64,000 nt of DNA from Bacilli bacterium. Lineage in GTDB: Bacteria > Bacillota_I > Bacilli_A > RF39 > UBA660. Below, in pieces: positions 1 through 9,740 of the stretch (position 1 is the first letter of the stretch; the number at the start of each line of letters is the position of its first letter). Under the pieces are notes generated by a model. It saw only the letters and a list, made by a program, of their open reading frames with translations, did no database searches and was not told the DNA's origin. The stretch spans positions 70,793-134,792 of the forward strand of contig JAFSEX010000005.1 in the NCBI GenBank assembly GCA_017435465.1, written 5' to 3'. The position numbers and the translations under genes are program-made.

Positions 1-1632
1 AATAGAACAGTATATGATTATGCCATATTACTAGACGATTATATTGATCTAGAAAAAGGTATGATGTTACCAAATTTAAATAATAAAAACAGTGTTGGAT
101 GGATATCAAATGAACTTGTTCCTAGAGATTTAGATGGAACAACTAGAAACAACTATTTAGAAGTTACATTAAATTCAGCAGTTACATGTAATGGATTAAC
201 AATATATTTTGAAAAAGGAATTGCTACTGATTTCAAATTAGTTTTAACATATTCTGATGGAAGTGAAAAAACAAAAGACATAAAAAATACAGACAAAGTA
301 TTTTATTTACTTGAAAAACAAACTAACTTAAAAAAAGTATATATTCAAGTAAATACATGGGAATCTGATAGTGGTTCTGAAAGAGCTTATCCTATTATAA
401 GTGAAATAGATTTTGATATTTCATTTGTATTTGAGAATGATGAATTAATTGAATTTGAAGTTGTTGAACAAGTATCAAAATTATGTTTTGAAATTCCTAC
501 TAATACAACAACAGTAAAGATTCCCAATTACGATAAAAAATTTGATTATATAAATAAAAGCGGATTATCATCATATTTAAAAGAAAATATGTTAATAAAA
601 CCTTTTATAGGAATAGTAACAGAAGATTCTGGAATTGAGTATACAGATATGGGAATATTTTATTTAACATCGTGGTATAACAATGATGATTCTACTACTA
701 ATTTTAATGGAGAAAATATCATTAGTACTTTAAGTAAAGAAAAATCACATTATAGAAAATGGAGATATGATAGTTATAATCCAAATGCAAGTTTTATAGG
801 AAGTGAAAAAACATATGACTATTTTAAAAACATGTGTAATGAATGGGGAATACCATATGAATCACCAGATGAAACATTAAATACTTGTTCTGATAAAGCT
901 TTGCCACTTGGAACAAGATTAGAACAATTACAACAATTGGCAGTAGTTGGTTGTGCATTAACATATGGGAATAGGAATAATAAACTATTATGGAAAAACC
1001 TGCCTACTAATATTCTAGACACTATTCCGTTAGACATAATGCAAGAAAAACCAAAAATAAATGTTAAAACTCCAATAGGGAAAATAACAATTATTAGTCA
1101 AATATCATATAGTTCTGAAGATGAATCTGCAATTAATATATATGGACAATCTATATCAATCGAGGGAACAAAAGATATTGTGGTACCATTTGATACTCCA
1201 GTTGCTTCACCATATTATAGTGTAACATTGGATAATGGAACTTTAAATAGAAGAATAGAAGCAGATAGATTTGGGAAATTTAACATAAGCGCAAATGGGA
1301 TAGTTACATTAAATATATCAGCAAAAAAAGAAGAATTAAATGTATCAGAATATCAAGAAATAATAAATGAAAGTAGTAATCTAAATATTGAAGTAAGTAG
1401 TTATATGCTACATACCAATCCATCTTTAAGAATTCCTAATATTATAAATAATATCAAAAACAACTACGGACAATATGATATTGAATTTAATTGGAAACAA
1501 GACCCTAGAATTACTGCTGGTTCATTAATTCAAATTGAAACTGATTTTGGATATAAAACAATGTTTGTAGAACAACAAATATTTAAATTTGATGGTAGTT
1601 TAAGTGGAAGTACTAAAGGAGTGAGTAATTAA
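1..1632 (+). CDS. Phage tail/baseplate structural protein (5'-partial)
   Basis: Frame 1 is open from base 1 with no stop before the first ATG at 61, so the gene probably starts upstream of the window. It is the first gene of the co-oriented structural block. No catalytic motif recognised. Confidence 0.6.
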   Translation, partial: NRTVYDYAILLDDYIDLEKGMMLPNLNNKNSVGWISNELVPRDLDGTTRNNYLEVTLNSAVTCNGLTIYFEKGIATDFKLVLTYSDGSEKTKDIKNTDKVFYLLEKQTNLKKVYIQVNTWESDSGSERAYPIISEIDFDISFVFENDELIEFEVVEQVSKLCFEIPTNTTTVKIPNYDKKFDYINKSGLSSYLKENMLIKPFIGIVTEDSGIEYTDMGIFYLTSWYNNDDSTTNFNGENIISTLSKEKSHYRKWRYDSYNPNASFIGSEKTYDYFKNMCNEWGIPYESPDETLNTCSDKALPLGTRLEQLQQLAVVGCALTYGNRNNKLLWKNLPTNILDTIPLDIMQEKPKINVKTPIGKITIISQISYSSEDESAINIYGQSISIEGTKDIVVPFDTPVASPYYSVTLDNGTLNRRIEADRFGKFNISANGIVTLNISAKKEELNVSEYQEIINESSNLNIEVSSYMLHTNPSLRIPNIINNIKNNYGQYDIEFNWKQDPRITAGSLIQIETDFGYKTMFVEQQIFKFDGSLSGSTKGVSN

Positions 1633-2399
1633 TGAAATATATAGATAAGCCTCATGACTTTTTTAATTCAATTGAACAAAAAATCTTATCATTAACTAAT
1701 CAAGTAAAAAAAATTGATTATGGATATAGTAAAGAACCCATACCAACCAATAATGATTTTAGCAATAAAAAATTAATTTTAAACTTTTCTGAAAATTTAT
1801 GGGAAAGTATATTAGAAGAAGCTGAATATGAAGATTATGTATCTATAATATCATCTGAAAATTACATTATAAAAGAATATATTGAATATCTAACAAATTA
1901 TAATGTTTATCATATTGAATTACAAAAAAAGGATGGAACAAGAATTGCAACATTATATATGCATGCAAGTGAAGAAGGATGGGTACAAGATATTAATTTA
2001 ACTGAATATACTTTACCTAATGATTTTGGAACTGTTAATTATGTTAATACTTATTGCACTGCTTATAATTCTATAAAATATGAAAAAAAAATCACTATGC
2101 CAGATTATATTAATAAAGTTTGGGTATATGGTGATTTTCTTTATATTCAAGAAGTAGATAGAATTGAACAAGGAATTGAAAACCTAGGATTATGGTTTAC
2201 AAAACCAAGTGGATGGATTAATTCTAAAACATGGATTGTTGAAGGAACAGAATTAAAAACATTTTCAAAAGTGGATTATAAACGCTGGCTAAACAATTTA
2301 AATTTAATTGAATATTATTTACAATCTGGAACCACTTTATGGAATTCTAAAACTACTTACATAAATTGGAATGAAAAATCAAATGAAGAATGGATGTGA
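1632..2399 (+). CDS. Phage structural protein, function unknown
   Basis: The start overlaps the upstream stop (TAATG), suggesting translational coupling. It lies between baseplate and fibre genes. No recognisable motif. Confidence 0.5.
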   Translation: MKYIDKPHDFFNSIEQKILSLTNQVKKIDYGYSKEPIPTNNDFSNKKLILNFSENLWESILEEAEYEDYVSIISSENYIIKEYIEYLTNYNVYHIELQKKDGTRIATLYMHASEEGWVQDINLTEYTLPNDFGTVNYVNTYCTAYNSIKYEKKITMPDYINKVWVYGDFLYIQEVDRIEQGIENLGLWFTKPSGWINSKTWIVEGTELKTFSKVDYKRWLNNLNLIEYYLQSGTTLWNSKTTYINWNEKSNEEWM

Positions 2400-4651
2400 T
2401 AAATATGAGTAAATTTTATCCAAAAAGAAAATCAACTGATGAAATAAGAGAGTTATCTATAGAAGATGGCTCTTTTATTGTAAATCATGAAACAGGAGAA
2501 ATGTATATAGATTATGAGGAAAAAAGAATACTTGTAGGTAAAGGAGCACCAGGTTATACACCAGTAAAAGGAAAAGATTATTATACTCAAGAAGAGAAAG
2601 AAGAATTCATAGAAGATATAAATAGTTCAATTGATATTGTAACATCAAAAAATGATGTATCTGGAGAAACAATAACAATAGAAGATGCATTAGAAAGTAG
2701 ATTATTAGATTTAAAAATAGAAGGTAAAAGCGAGCAAGAAACTAGAAGTGGTAAGAATTTATTAAATATAGACGGTTTAAGAACAAGTGAAGGTCTAACT
2801 AATGAAACAAGTGACACAATAATAAATATTAGTGGAACATCAACAAATAATTATTCAAGTTTAACAAAAACAATAACACAAAACATTCCAATAGGAACTT
2901 ATACTTTTTCTATTAAAGAAGCAATATCAGTTGATATAGCTTTAGCCTTAATTTATAGTGATGAAACTCAAGATGATATTATCATTAATGTTGGTAATAC
3001 ATCTAAAACTTTTACTACTACAAAAGAAATTATAAACTATAGATTATACATAAGAACAAAAAGCGGAACAATATATAATTTTAAAGTATACCCTATGTTA
3101 GAAAGTGGAAGTGTTTCAACGGAATACGAACCATACGGTGTAATGCCTAGTCCTGATTATCCAAGTGAAATAAAAAGTGTAGGATATACTAATTTATTTG
3201 ATAAAGATAATGCACCTATTATTGATGCTTTTACACAAGGCTCAAGTGGAACAATAGTAACAAGTGGTACTTCAAAATTAAGTTATATAGAATGTAAACC
3301 AAATACAACATATATAGCTCAAAAAATAAGTGGAAATAAATTTTGTTTAAGTTATTCTAATCAAAAACCTGCAATAGGAACATCTTTTAGTGGGAGAGTA
3401 ATTGATAATACTGGAACTATAATTACTATAACAACAGATAATAATGCTAAATATTTAATAATTGAATACTATGACAGAGATAATGATGAACAAGCAATAT
3501 TAAATAGTATTCAAATAAAAGAAAGCTCAATAGCACACAATTATATTCCATATAACAAATATGGAATAGATGTTAATGTTACTGGTAAGAATTTGTATAA
3601 TTATAAGGACACTAATACAGTAACTGATGGAATTATTGTTGATGAAGACGGTTGGATAACAATAAGTTTTGATAACACAGAAGGGACTTCAGACAAATAT
3701 TTGAACTATTACACAAATAGCTTAAATTTAAAATCATCAACAAAATACAATATAATAACTGAAGTAAAAAATGTAAGTGGTTCAGGAACATTATTTTCAA
3801 CATCTGCTTATGCAGGACAAAGTCAAATGTTAAACTCGATTGAAAAATCTTTTGAAAATTTAAAAGGTATTAGTATTTTTAATGGGATTATTTCAACAGT
3901 TAAAAATCCTAGCAATGCAATAAGAGGATTGAGGACTTTGGTGCGATTTAGTGCAGGAGAAAGTGGCTCTATAACATTTAGAATTTCAGTATTAGAAGAT
4001 ACTTCTATTACATCTGTTAATTTTAAATATGAACATTATAAATCAAATAAAACTCAATTAATATTAAATGAACCACCAAGAAGTTTACCAAATGAAGTAA
4101 AAGATGAAACATATATAGAAAATGGTAAATTATATATTAAACGAAAAGTAGGTAGAGTTGTTTTAGATGGTAGTGAGGATTGGAATAAAAGTTCAAACAC
4201 ATCATCAGATCGATTTTATTTAGATAATTCTTCATTTAATATGGTGACAAGAAGTGGTGGTTATTCAAATTATTTTATAAATTCAACTACAGTAGTAGCC
4301 GATATAGGAAAATATTATACAAATGTAAATCAAATAGTTATTAATTTTTCAACATATAATACTACAACTTTACAGCAATTTAAAACATGGTTATCTCAAA
4401 ACAATGTAGAAGTAATATATGAATTAGCAGAACCTACAATAGAAGAAATAGGAATAGTATCTCCATATACTTATGACGGTGTAAACCATATAAGTGTAGA
4501 TGGAGGATTCCCAACTGTTTTTGATATTAAGTATGCACAAGATGTTAAAGTACTACTTTCAGATTATTATACAAAAGAAGAAGTAGATAAACTTATTGCT
4601 GATGTCAAATCTCTATTAGAAACAAATACAACAAATGAGGAATCAACATAG
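2390..4651 (+). CDS. Phage tail fibre / receptor-binding protein (modular)
   Basis: 753 aa, overlapping the upstream stop. It shares module-boundary motifs with the 5644-7296 product: PDYPSEIKSVG vs TPETPIEIKSVG, GKNLYNYK vs GKNLINYK, LNEPPRSLP vs LNEPLRKAG. It sits upstream of the lysis cassette. Confidence 0.6.
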   Translation: MDVINMSKFYPKRKSTDEIRELSIEDGSFIVNHETGEMYIDYEEKRILVGKGAPGYTPVKGKDYYTQEEKEEFIEDINSSIDIVTSKNDVSGETITIEDALESRLLDLKIEGKSEQETRSGKNLLNIDGLRTSEGLTNETSDTIINISGTSTNNYSSLTKTITQNIPIGTYTFSIKEAISVDIALALIYSDETQDDIIINVGNTSKTFTTTKEIINYRLYIRTKSGTIYNFKVYPMLESGSVSTEYEPYGVMPSPDYPSEIKSVGYTNLFDKDNAPIIDAFTQGSSGTIVTSGTSKLSYIECKPNTTYIAQKISGNKFCLSYSNQKPAIGTSFSGRVIDNTGTIITITTDNNAKYLIIEYYDRDNDEQAILNSIQIKESSIAHNYIPYNKYGIDVNVTGKNLYNYKDTNTVTDGIIVDEDGWITISFDNTEGTSDKYLNYYTNSLNLKSSTKYNIITEVKNVSGSGTLFSTSAYAGQSQMLNSIEKSFENLKGISIFNGIISTVKNPSNAIRGLRTLVRFSAGESGSITFRISVLEDTSITSVNFKYEHYKSNKTQLILNEPPRSLPNEVKDETYIENGKLYIKRKVGRVVLDGSEDWNKSSNTSSDRFYLDNSSFNMVTRSGGYSNYFINSTTVVADIGKYYTNVNQIVINFSTYNTTTLQQFKTWLSQNNVEVIYELAEPTIEEIGIVSPYTYDGVNHISVDGGFPTVFDIKYAQDVKVLLSDYYTKEEVDKLIADVKSLLETNTTNEEST

Positions 4652-4670
4652 ATAGTAAGGGAGGTATAAA

Positions 4671-5642
4671 ATGAAAGAATATACATTAAAAATAGATTTT
4701 AATAATCAAAGAATAATTCCAAATCAAGAAATAGAATTAGTACAAAATGATTATAATTCAACTAAATTTAATTTTATATTTGACGATGAATATTCTAATT
4801 ATACAAAAGTATTTGAATTAAAATATCCCAGTAGTAAAAAATGGATTAAGGAAATTATAAATGATGAATTAATATTAGCTAATTATGATGAAGATGGCAA
4901 TATTATTCCTATTTTAATAGAAGTAAGGGATTATGAATTTGAAGTAGTTTTATATGATGAAAATTCTAAACTTACCAATTTTGCAACTGGTAAGTTTTTT
5001 GTTCGCCCAGAATTAGTAAATCCAACTGATGAAGAAATAGAACTAGAAACTGAATATCCGATTTTAGACCAATTAATTCAAGAAACAACTGCTTTAAAAG
5101 AGGGATATGAAAAAGTAGTTGAACAAGGAAATTATGCGGAAGAACAAGGAAATTATGCCAAAAAAGAAGCTACAAAAGTAGATGGAGTAGTAGATTATGT
5201 TGTTACAACATCTGAAGAGGCAAAAGAAAATTCTGAAACTGCTATAAGTATATCAAAAGGAGCTAATCAATCGAAAGGATATAAGAGCTATCGGGATTTG
5301 GTAACTGCATTTAATGTTTTACCAAGTGATACATATAGAGTAGGACAAAACCTCTATGTAAAAACAAAATTAGTGCCTGATTTATGGGTTTATGAAGTGT
5401 TTGAAGAAAGTATACCTTACACATACACTAATGATGAAGATTTTGTAGCATTAGTTGATTCCGAAGATGGAATTAGAATAGGGCATTATTCTTTAGGACC
5501 ACTTGAAACACAAAAAGTAGATTTAACTGATTATGTCCAATTCACAGATGTTGCGACAAGTACAAAAGCAGGTGTTGTGAAAATGTGGACTTCAACGAAT
5601 GAGGATGGAGAAATAGGGTTAAACATCTCAACGGAGGTGTAA
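4671..5642 (+). CDS. Phage baseplate/fibre-associated protein (BppU-like N-terminus, tentative)
   Basis: RBS AAGGGAGG lies 6 nt upstream. The N-terminal segment (VQNDYNSTKFNFIFDD...) resembles baseplate upper protein Ig-like domains as I recall them. It contains an in-frame tandem EQGNYAE/EQGNYAK. Confidence 0.45.
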   Translation: MKEYTLKIDFNNQRIIPNQEIELVQNDYNSTKFNFIFDDEYSNYTKVFELKYPSSKKWIKEIINDELILANYDEDGNIIPILIEVRDYEFEVVLYDENSKLTNFATGKFFVRPELVNPTDEEIELETEYPILDQLIQETTALKEGYEKVVEQGNYAEEQGNYAKKEATKVDGVVDYVVTTSEEAKENSETAISISKGANQSKGYKSYRDLVTAFNVLPSDTYRVGQNLYVKTKLVPDLWVYEVFEESIPYTYTNDEDFVALVDSEDGIRIGHYSLGPLETQKVDLTDYVQFTDVATSTKAGVVKMWTSTNEDGEIGLNISTEV

Positions 5643-5643
5643 C

Positions 5644-7296
5644 ATGGAGACATTTACACGAGATTTAGGATTTGTAAATTATAATGAATTAAAAGATTTA
5701 GCATTCGTTAACTTTAATGGAGTTACTGTATATGAATCATGGAAGAAATTAGTTGCTAGTGGAGTTCCACCAATTACATTACAAAAATGTAAAGGTGTAG
5801 ATTTAGTAGATTATAAGATATATGGAAATAGTGTACAAAATGGTACACCTACACCAGAAACTCCTATTGAAATCAAAAGTGTTGGAGATAAAACAAGCAA
5901 TGAATTAAAACCTAGTGTTGTTAGAGCTAGAATGGAAGAATTAGGTGCAAATCAAAGTAGCATTAAATTTCATGATGATGGTGGTATACAGTTTTGGGGG
6001 AGTCCTATCAATGGACAAAGTATAATCGAAGGTGATTTTGAAGAAAATACTGCTTATACATTTATATTGTATGGTAGGAATATTAATTCAAGTGCTGGGA
6101 TTAATACTAATTTAACATTTGAATATACTGATGGAACAAAACTAGTTATGGCTAACTTTTCAACTAAAAACGAAATGACTGGTACTACAAATAGTTATGC
6201 AATACGTACTACAGATGCTAACAAAACATTAAAAAGAATATATGCATACCCAAGTGCTGGTTATACAATATTTTATCCAGAAAAGAGTGGAATATTTAAA
6301 GGTGCAGTTACACTAGATGATTACAAACAATATGGTTATGAGATATCTGTTAAAGTAAGAGGGAAAAATCTAATTAATTATAAAAATGCTAGGCTTAGAG
6401 ATAACTATACAGCTGGTACTATTGATATTTCAGATGATGGAGTAGTTACTTATAATGGTAATTATTGGTATAGCATAGATGTTAATTTAAAAGGTGGTAA
6501 AGCATATGTATTCGATTGTGAATACGAAAACACTTCTGATAATAACCCATCTTGGTATTTTTGTTATTCTGATGGTACGAGATATGGAGTTGGGTTTGGA
6601 AAAAGTATAAATGTGCCTGATGATAAAGAAATTGTAAGAGTAGATATATATACTGTTGTTGGAACAAATGGAGCAAATAAAGACACTTTGAAAATGTGGA
6701 ATCTTCAATTAGAAGAAAACAGTACTCCAACTGTTTACGAACATTATGTAGAACCAATTACAACAAACATTTATCTAAATGAACCATTAAGAAAAGCTGG
6801 TGAATACAAAGATTATATAGACTTTGAACAGCAAAAAGTAATTAGAGAATTAGCAGTATATTCTTTTAAAGGAACTGAATCCTTAACATTACGTGGTTCA
6901 CAACCAAATAATGGTACAGCGTTTATGGTTTCTTCAGCAATAGTCGCAAAGATTGGTACTTCTGATAATAGCTTGTGTTCAAGATTTGAAGTAGATAGGG
7001 CATACTCACGTAATATGACACCAAATACTTGTGGATTTATTGATACGTCAGTTAGTAGTAGATTCCATTTTTGTTTAGAAGGTGTTGGTAAAACAACTAC
7101 TGAAGCAAAAGAAATAATTGCAAATTGGTATTCTGAAGGAAAACCTATGTTAGTATATTATCCATTAGAAAATCCAGATGATACAGAAACAATAGAACTT
7201 TCAATCCTACCAACACATAAAGGAATAAGTATTATAGAAGTTGATACAACAATAAAACCATCAAATATGGAAGTAGAATATTATGGAAAGGAATAG
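5644..7296 (+). CDS. Second phage tail fibre / receptor-binding protein paralogue
   Basis: 550 aa, starting 2 nt after the upstream stop. It shares the IKSVG / GKNLxNYK / LNEP motifs with the 2390-4651 product but has different intervening modules. Confidence 0.55.
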   Translation: METFTRDLGFVNYNELKDLAFVNFNGVTVYESWKKLVASGVPPITLQKCKGVDLVDYKIYGNSVQNGTPTPETPIEIKSVGDKTSNELKPSVVRARMEELGANQSSIKFHDDGGIQFWGSPINGQSIIEGDFEENTAYTFILYGRNINSSAGINTNLTFEYTDGTKLVMANFSTKNEMTGTTNSYAIRTTDANKTLKRIYAYPSAGYTIFYPEKSGIFKGAVTLDDYKQYGYEISVKVRGKNLINYKNARLRDNYTAGTIDISDDGVVTYNGNYWYSIDVNLKGGKAYVFDCEYENTSDNNPSWYFCYSDGTRYGVGFGKSINVPDDKEIVRVDIYTVVGTNGANKDTLKMWNLQLEENSTPTVYEHYVEPITTNIYLNEPLRKAGEYKDYIDFEQQKVIRELAVYSFKGTESLTLRGSQPNNGTAFMVSSAIVAKIGTSDNSLCSRFEVDRAYSRNMTPNTCGFIDTSVSSRFHFCLEGVGKTTTEAKEIIANWYSEGKPMLVYYPLENPDDTETIELSILPTHKGISIIEVDTTIKPSNMEVEYYGKE

Positions 7297-7303
7297 AGTA
7301 TAA

Positions 7304-7627
7304 ATGCTAGATTTTATAATCAAATATTGGTTAGAAATAGGATTTGCAAGTATCATTGGAATATTTTCATTCTTGTTTAAGCATTTAATAAGTAAGCAAA
7401 AGGCAACTAATGAGAAACAAAAAGCAATTGAAAATGGTGTACAAGCATTACTAAGAAATGAATTAGTACGTAGATATAGAGAATATGAAACTAAAGGTGA
7501 AATAACTATATTAGATAAAGAAAATATAGAACACATGTTTAAAGAATATAAAAATTTAGGTGGTAATGGAACAGTAGCAAAGATGTATGAAGAGATACTG
7601 TCTTTACCAATAAAAATTGTAAGATAA
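7304..7627 (+). CDS. Phage membrane protein preceding the holin (holin-associated, function unknown)
   Basis: 107 aa with one N-terminal hydrophobic helix (EIGFASIIGIFSFLF) and a charged helical tail. It lies immediately upstream of the holin and endolysin. Confidence 0.5.
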   Translation: MLDFIIKYWLEIGFASIIGIFSFLFKHLISKQKATNEKQKAIENGVQALLRNELVRRYREYETKGEITILDKENIEHMFKEYKNLGGNGTVAKMYEEILSLPIKIVR

Positions 7628-7641
7628 GAAAGGTGATATTT

Positions 7642-7911
7642 ATGAAAATAAATTGGTTAGTAAGAATTAAAAACCCACTATTTTGGGTACAAATAGGCAT
7701 AGCTATATTAATGCCTATTTTAGCTTATTTAGGGCTATCAGTAGAAGATTTAACTACTTGGGGTAAAGTAGGACAAGTTTTATTAGAAGCAGTAGCAAAT
7801 CCTTACGTATTAGGTCTAGTAATAGTATCAGTATTTAATGCTATACAAGACCCAACTACAAAAGGATTATCAGATAGTGTAAATGCACTAACTTATACAG
7901 AACCAAAATAG
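7642..7911 (+). CDS. Phage holin (phiLC3/LL-H-like family)
   Basis: The sequence MKINWLVRIKNPLFWVQIG...DPTTKGLSDSVNALTYTEPK matches the conserved ends of phiLC3-type holins as I recall them. It has two hydrophobic segments. RBS AGAAAGG precedes the ATG at 7642; the ORF track's 7633 start is a GTG inside the RBS. It is directly upstream of the endolysin. Confidence 0.75.
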   Translation: MKINWLVRIKNPLFWVQIGIAILMPILAYLGLSVEDLTTWGKVGQVLLEAVANPYVLGLVIVSVFNAIQDPTTKGLSDSVNALTYTEPK

Positions 7912-7927
7912 AAAGAAGGAATTAAAT

Positions 7928-8848
7928 ATGGTTAAAATAAGACAAAATTTATTACCAGAAAGTTTATATAGTTGGAAGAGTCCTTATTCTATGACTCCAA
8001 CAAGAATAGTAGTACATAACACAGCAAATGATGCTTCAGCAGAAAATGAAATAAAATATATGCATAGAGATAAATCAAACGGTGTTCAAACATCATTTCA
8101 CTATGCAGTTGATGATATTGAGGCAGTTCAAGGATTACCTGAAAATAGAAATGGATGGCATGCAGGTGATGGTTCTAAAGGAAAAGGTAATCGTGAAGGA
8201 ATAGGAATTGAAATTTGTTATTCTAAATCAGGTGGAGATAAATTTATTAAAGCCGAACAAAATGCTGTTGAATTAATTGTAGATATTCTAAAAAGATATG
8301 GCTGGGGGATAGACAAAGTAACTAAACATCAAGATTATGCAAAAAAATATTGTCCACACAGAACTTTAGACATGGGTTGGAATAGATTTCTAGACATGAT
8401 TAGAACTAAATTAAATGAGAATACAGAAATAATTGCCCCTAAGAAAGTAATTGGAATAGTTGCTGATATTCAACGTGGATATAATGCAAAATGGGGTGGA
8501 TTTTTAGGAACTATCGAAGTTGATAACATTGCAGGAAATGATACTAAAAAACATTTGATAAAAGCATTGCAATATGAAATGAATTTGCAATATGGTTGTA
8601 AGTTAGATGTAGATGGTTCATTTGGTCCAAAAACAAAAGCACAATTCTTAAGTCTTAAACAAGGTGTTAAAGGTAATATTACATGGTTATGCCAAGCAAG
8701 ATTATACATAAAAGGTTATAATCCTAATGGATTAGACCACATTTATGGAAGTGGTATGAAAGCATGTGTTAAACAATATCAAAAAGATAAAAAATTAGAA
8801 GTAGATGGTATTTTAGGAAAAAATACTGCATATAGTTTATTTAATTAA
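7928..8848 (+). CDS. Endolysin: N-acetylmuramoyl-L-alanine amidase (Amidase_2/PGRP type) with two C-terminal peptidoglycan-binding repeats
   Basis: IVVHNTANDASAENEIKYM...FHYAVDD...GWHAGDG is typical of amidase_2. The C-terminus has two PG_binding_1-like repeats (LDVDGSFGPKTKAQ, LEVDGILGKNTAYSL). Confidence 0.9.
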   Translation: MVKIRQNLLPESLYSWKSPYSMTPTRIVVHNTANDASAENEIKYMHRDKSNGVQTSFHYAVDDIEAVQGLPENRNGWHAGDGSKGKGNREGIGIEICYSKSGGDKFIKAEQNAVELIVDILKRYGWGIDKVTKHQDYAKKYCPHRTLDMGWNRFLDMIRTKLNENTEIIAPKKVIGIVADIQRGYNAKWGGFLGTIEVDNIAGNDTKKHLIKALQYEMNLQYGCKLDVDGSFGPKTKAQFLSLKQGVKGNITWLCQARLYIKGYNPNGLDHIYGSGMKACVKQYQKDKKLEVDGILGKNTAYSLFN

Positions 8849-8851
8849 TAA

Positions 8852-8880
8852 AGGCTAGTCTTCGGACTAGCTCTTTTTTG
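8852..8880 (+). terminator. Intrinsic terminator after the endolysin gene
   Basis: GCTAGTC-ttcg-GACTAGC stem followed by TCTTTTTT. Confidence 0.8.
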
Positions 8881-8942
8881 TTGCTTTTTTATTAAAAAAA
8901 GAAGTAATTTATACTTTAATGTGTTTATTATATATTAAGGAT

Positions 8943-8970
8943 TTGACAAAATAAAAAAACATGCTATAAT
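8943..8970 (+). promoter_or_regulatory. Sigma-A-type promoter for the prophage cargo transcript
   Basis: TTGACA (8943-8948), a 16-nt spacer ending in TGC (extended -10), then TATAAT (8965-8970). Confidence 0.6.
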
Positions 8971-9130
8971 ATACCCTACATTAAAAGAAAAACACAAAAA
9001 AATGTAAATAATTGTAAAATTATTATAAAAATTATTGTATTTTTCACATTTTAATGTTAAATTTAAATTGTCAGTACTAACTGACAAAAAGAAACAAAAT
9101 AATTAAAAACATCATGTTTTAATTGTTGTA

Positions 9131-9271
9131 GAGCAGTTTGTAGGGTGTAAATTTTCTTCTTGCACCAACGCTCATTTATGAGTTTGAGTAGGTTTAACCG
9201 AAAGTATACATGTAGGACTGGGAGACTACCAAATTGCTCAAATTAAGCCTATATCATTGATATAGGCTTTA
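9131..9271 (+). ncRNA. Structured leader / candidate cis-regulatory RNA upstream of the 9289 ORF
   Basis: A long-range helix pairs GAGCAGTTTGTAG (9131-9143) with CTACCAAATTGCTC (9226-9239). It encloses hairpins GGTGT..GCACC and CTCA-ttta-TGAG and three GTAGG motifs. A 10-bp hairpin AAGCCTATAT/ATATAGGCTT (9244-9269) follows, just before the RBS. There is no ORF and no match to a riboswitch class I recognise. Confidence 0.35.
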
Positions 9272-9288
9272 AATTTGAAGGTGATATT

Positions 9289-9705
9289 ATGGCAAAGAAA
9301 AAAGGAAAAATAATAAAAATCGTAGGTCGTATAGATAAAAAGATTTGCGATGATTATGGGATTACAAATTATAAAAATACAGTAATAGTTCAATCGTTAG
9401 ATTTTTATGCACATGTAACTAAACATATTAAGGATTTTCAAAGTGTTGATAGTTATAATAATACTATTACTAATATTGATTATATTATTAAAAAGCCCCT
9501 TTTTGTATATCACGACGCATCTAAAAATTCTTTGTTATATTATTCTGAAATTGGAGATGAATACGTTTGTTTAGTAGTTAAATTATTTGAAAAAAAAGAT
9601 AACTATGTAGCAACCGTTTATCCTGTTAGTCAATCAAAAATAGAAAAAATGAGAGGAAAAAGTTTGATACAAAAATATTCTAAAAAAGAAAAAGTAACTG
9701 AGTAA
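9289..9705 (+). CDS. Prophage cargo protein, PBECR-type (Barnase/EndoU/ColicinE5-D/RelE-like) nuclease candidate
   Basis: 138 aa with RBS GAAGGTGA. The layout matches my recollection of PBECR-family phage and plasmid proteins: GRIDKKICDDYG..., then VIVQSLDFYAHVTKHIKDF, then IIKKPLFVY, then a YVCLVVKL..YVATVYPV beta-core. Not verified by HMM. Confidence 0.4.
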   Translation: MAKKKGKIIKIVGRIDKKICDDYGITNYKNTVIVQSLDFYAHVTKHIKDFQSVDSYNNTITNIDYIIKKPLFVYHDASKNSLLYYSEIGDEYVCLVVKLFEKKDNYVATVYPVSQSKIEKMRGKSLIQKYSKKEKVTE

Positions 9706-9740
9706 AATCAGTTTAATTTTTTTTATTAAATGCTATTATT

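Noticed and set aside
5121-5160. 17-nt tandem duplication (gaacaaggaaattatgc x2) in the phage gene
   Set aside because: It is a simple in-frame duplication giving EQGNYAE/EQGNYAK. It is too short and isolated to indicate a DGR template/variable repeat, and no reverse transcriptase is present in the window.
8977-9288. Type III toxin-antitoxin (ToxI-like) repeat array upstream of the 9289 ORF
   Set aside because: ToxI-type antitoxins are tandem direct repeats of ~34-36 nt. This leader has hairpins and short GTAGG motifs but no tandem repeat units.
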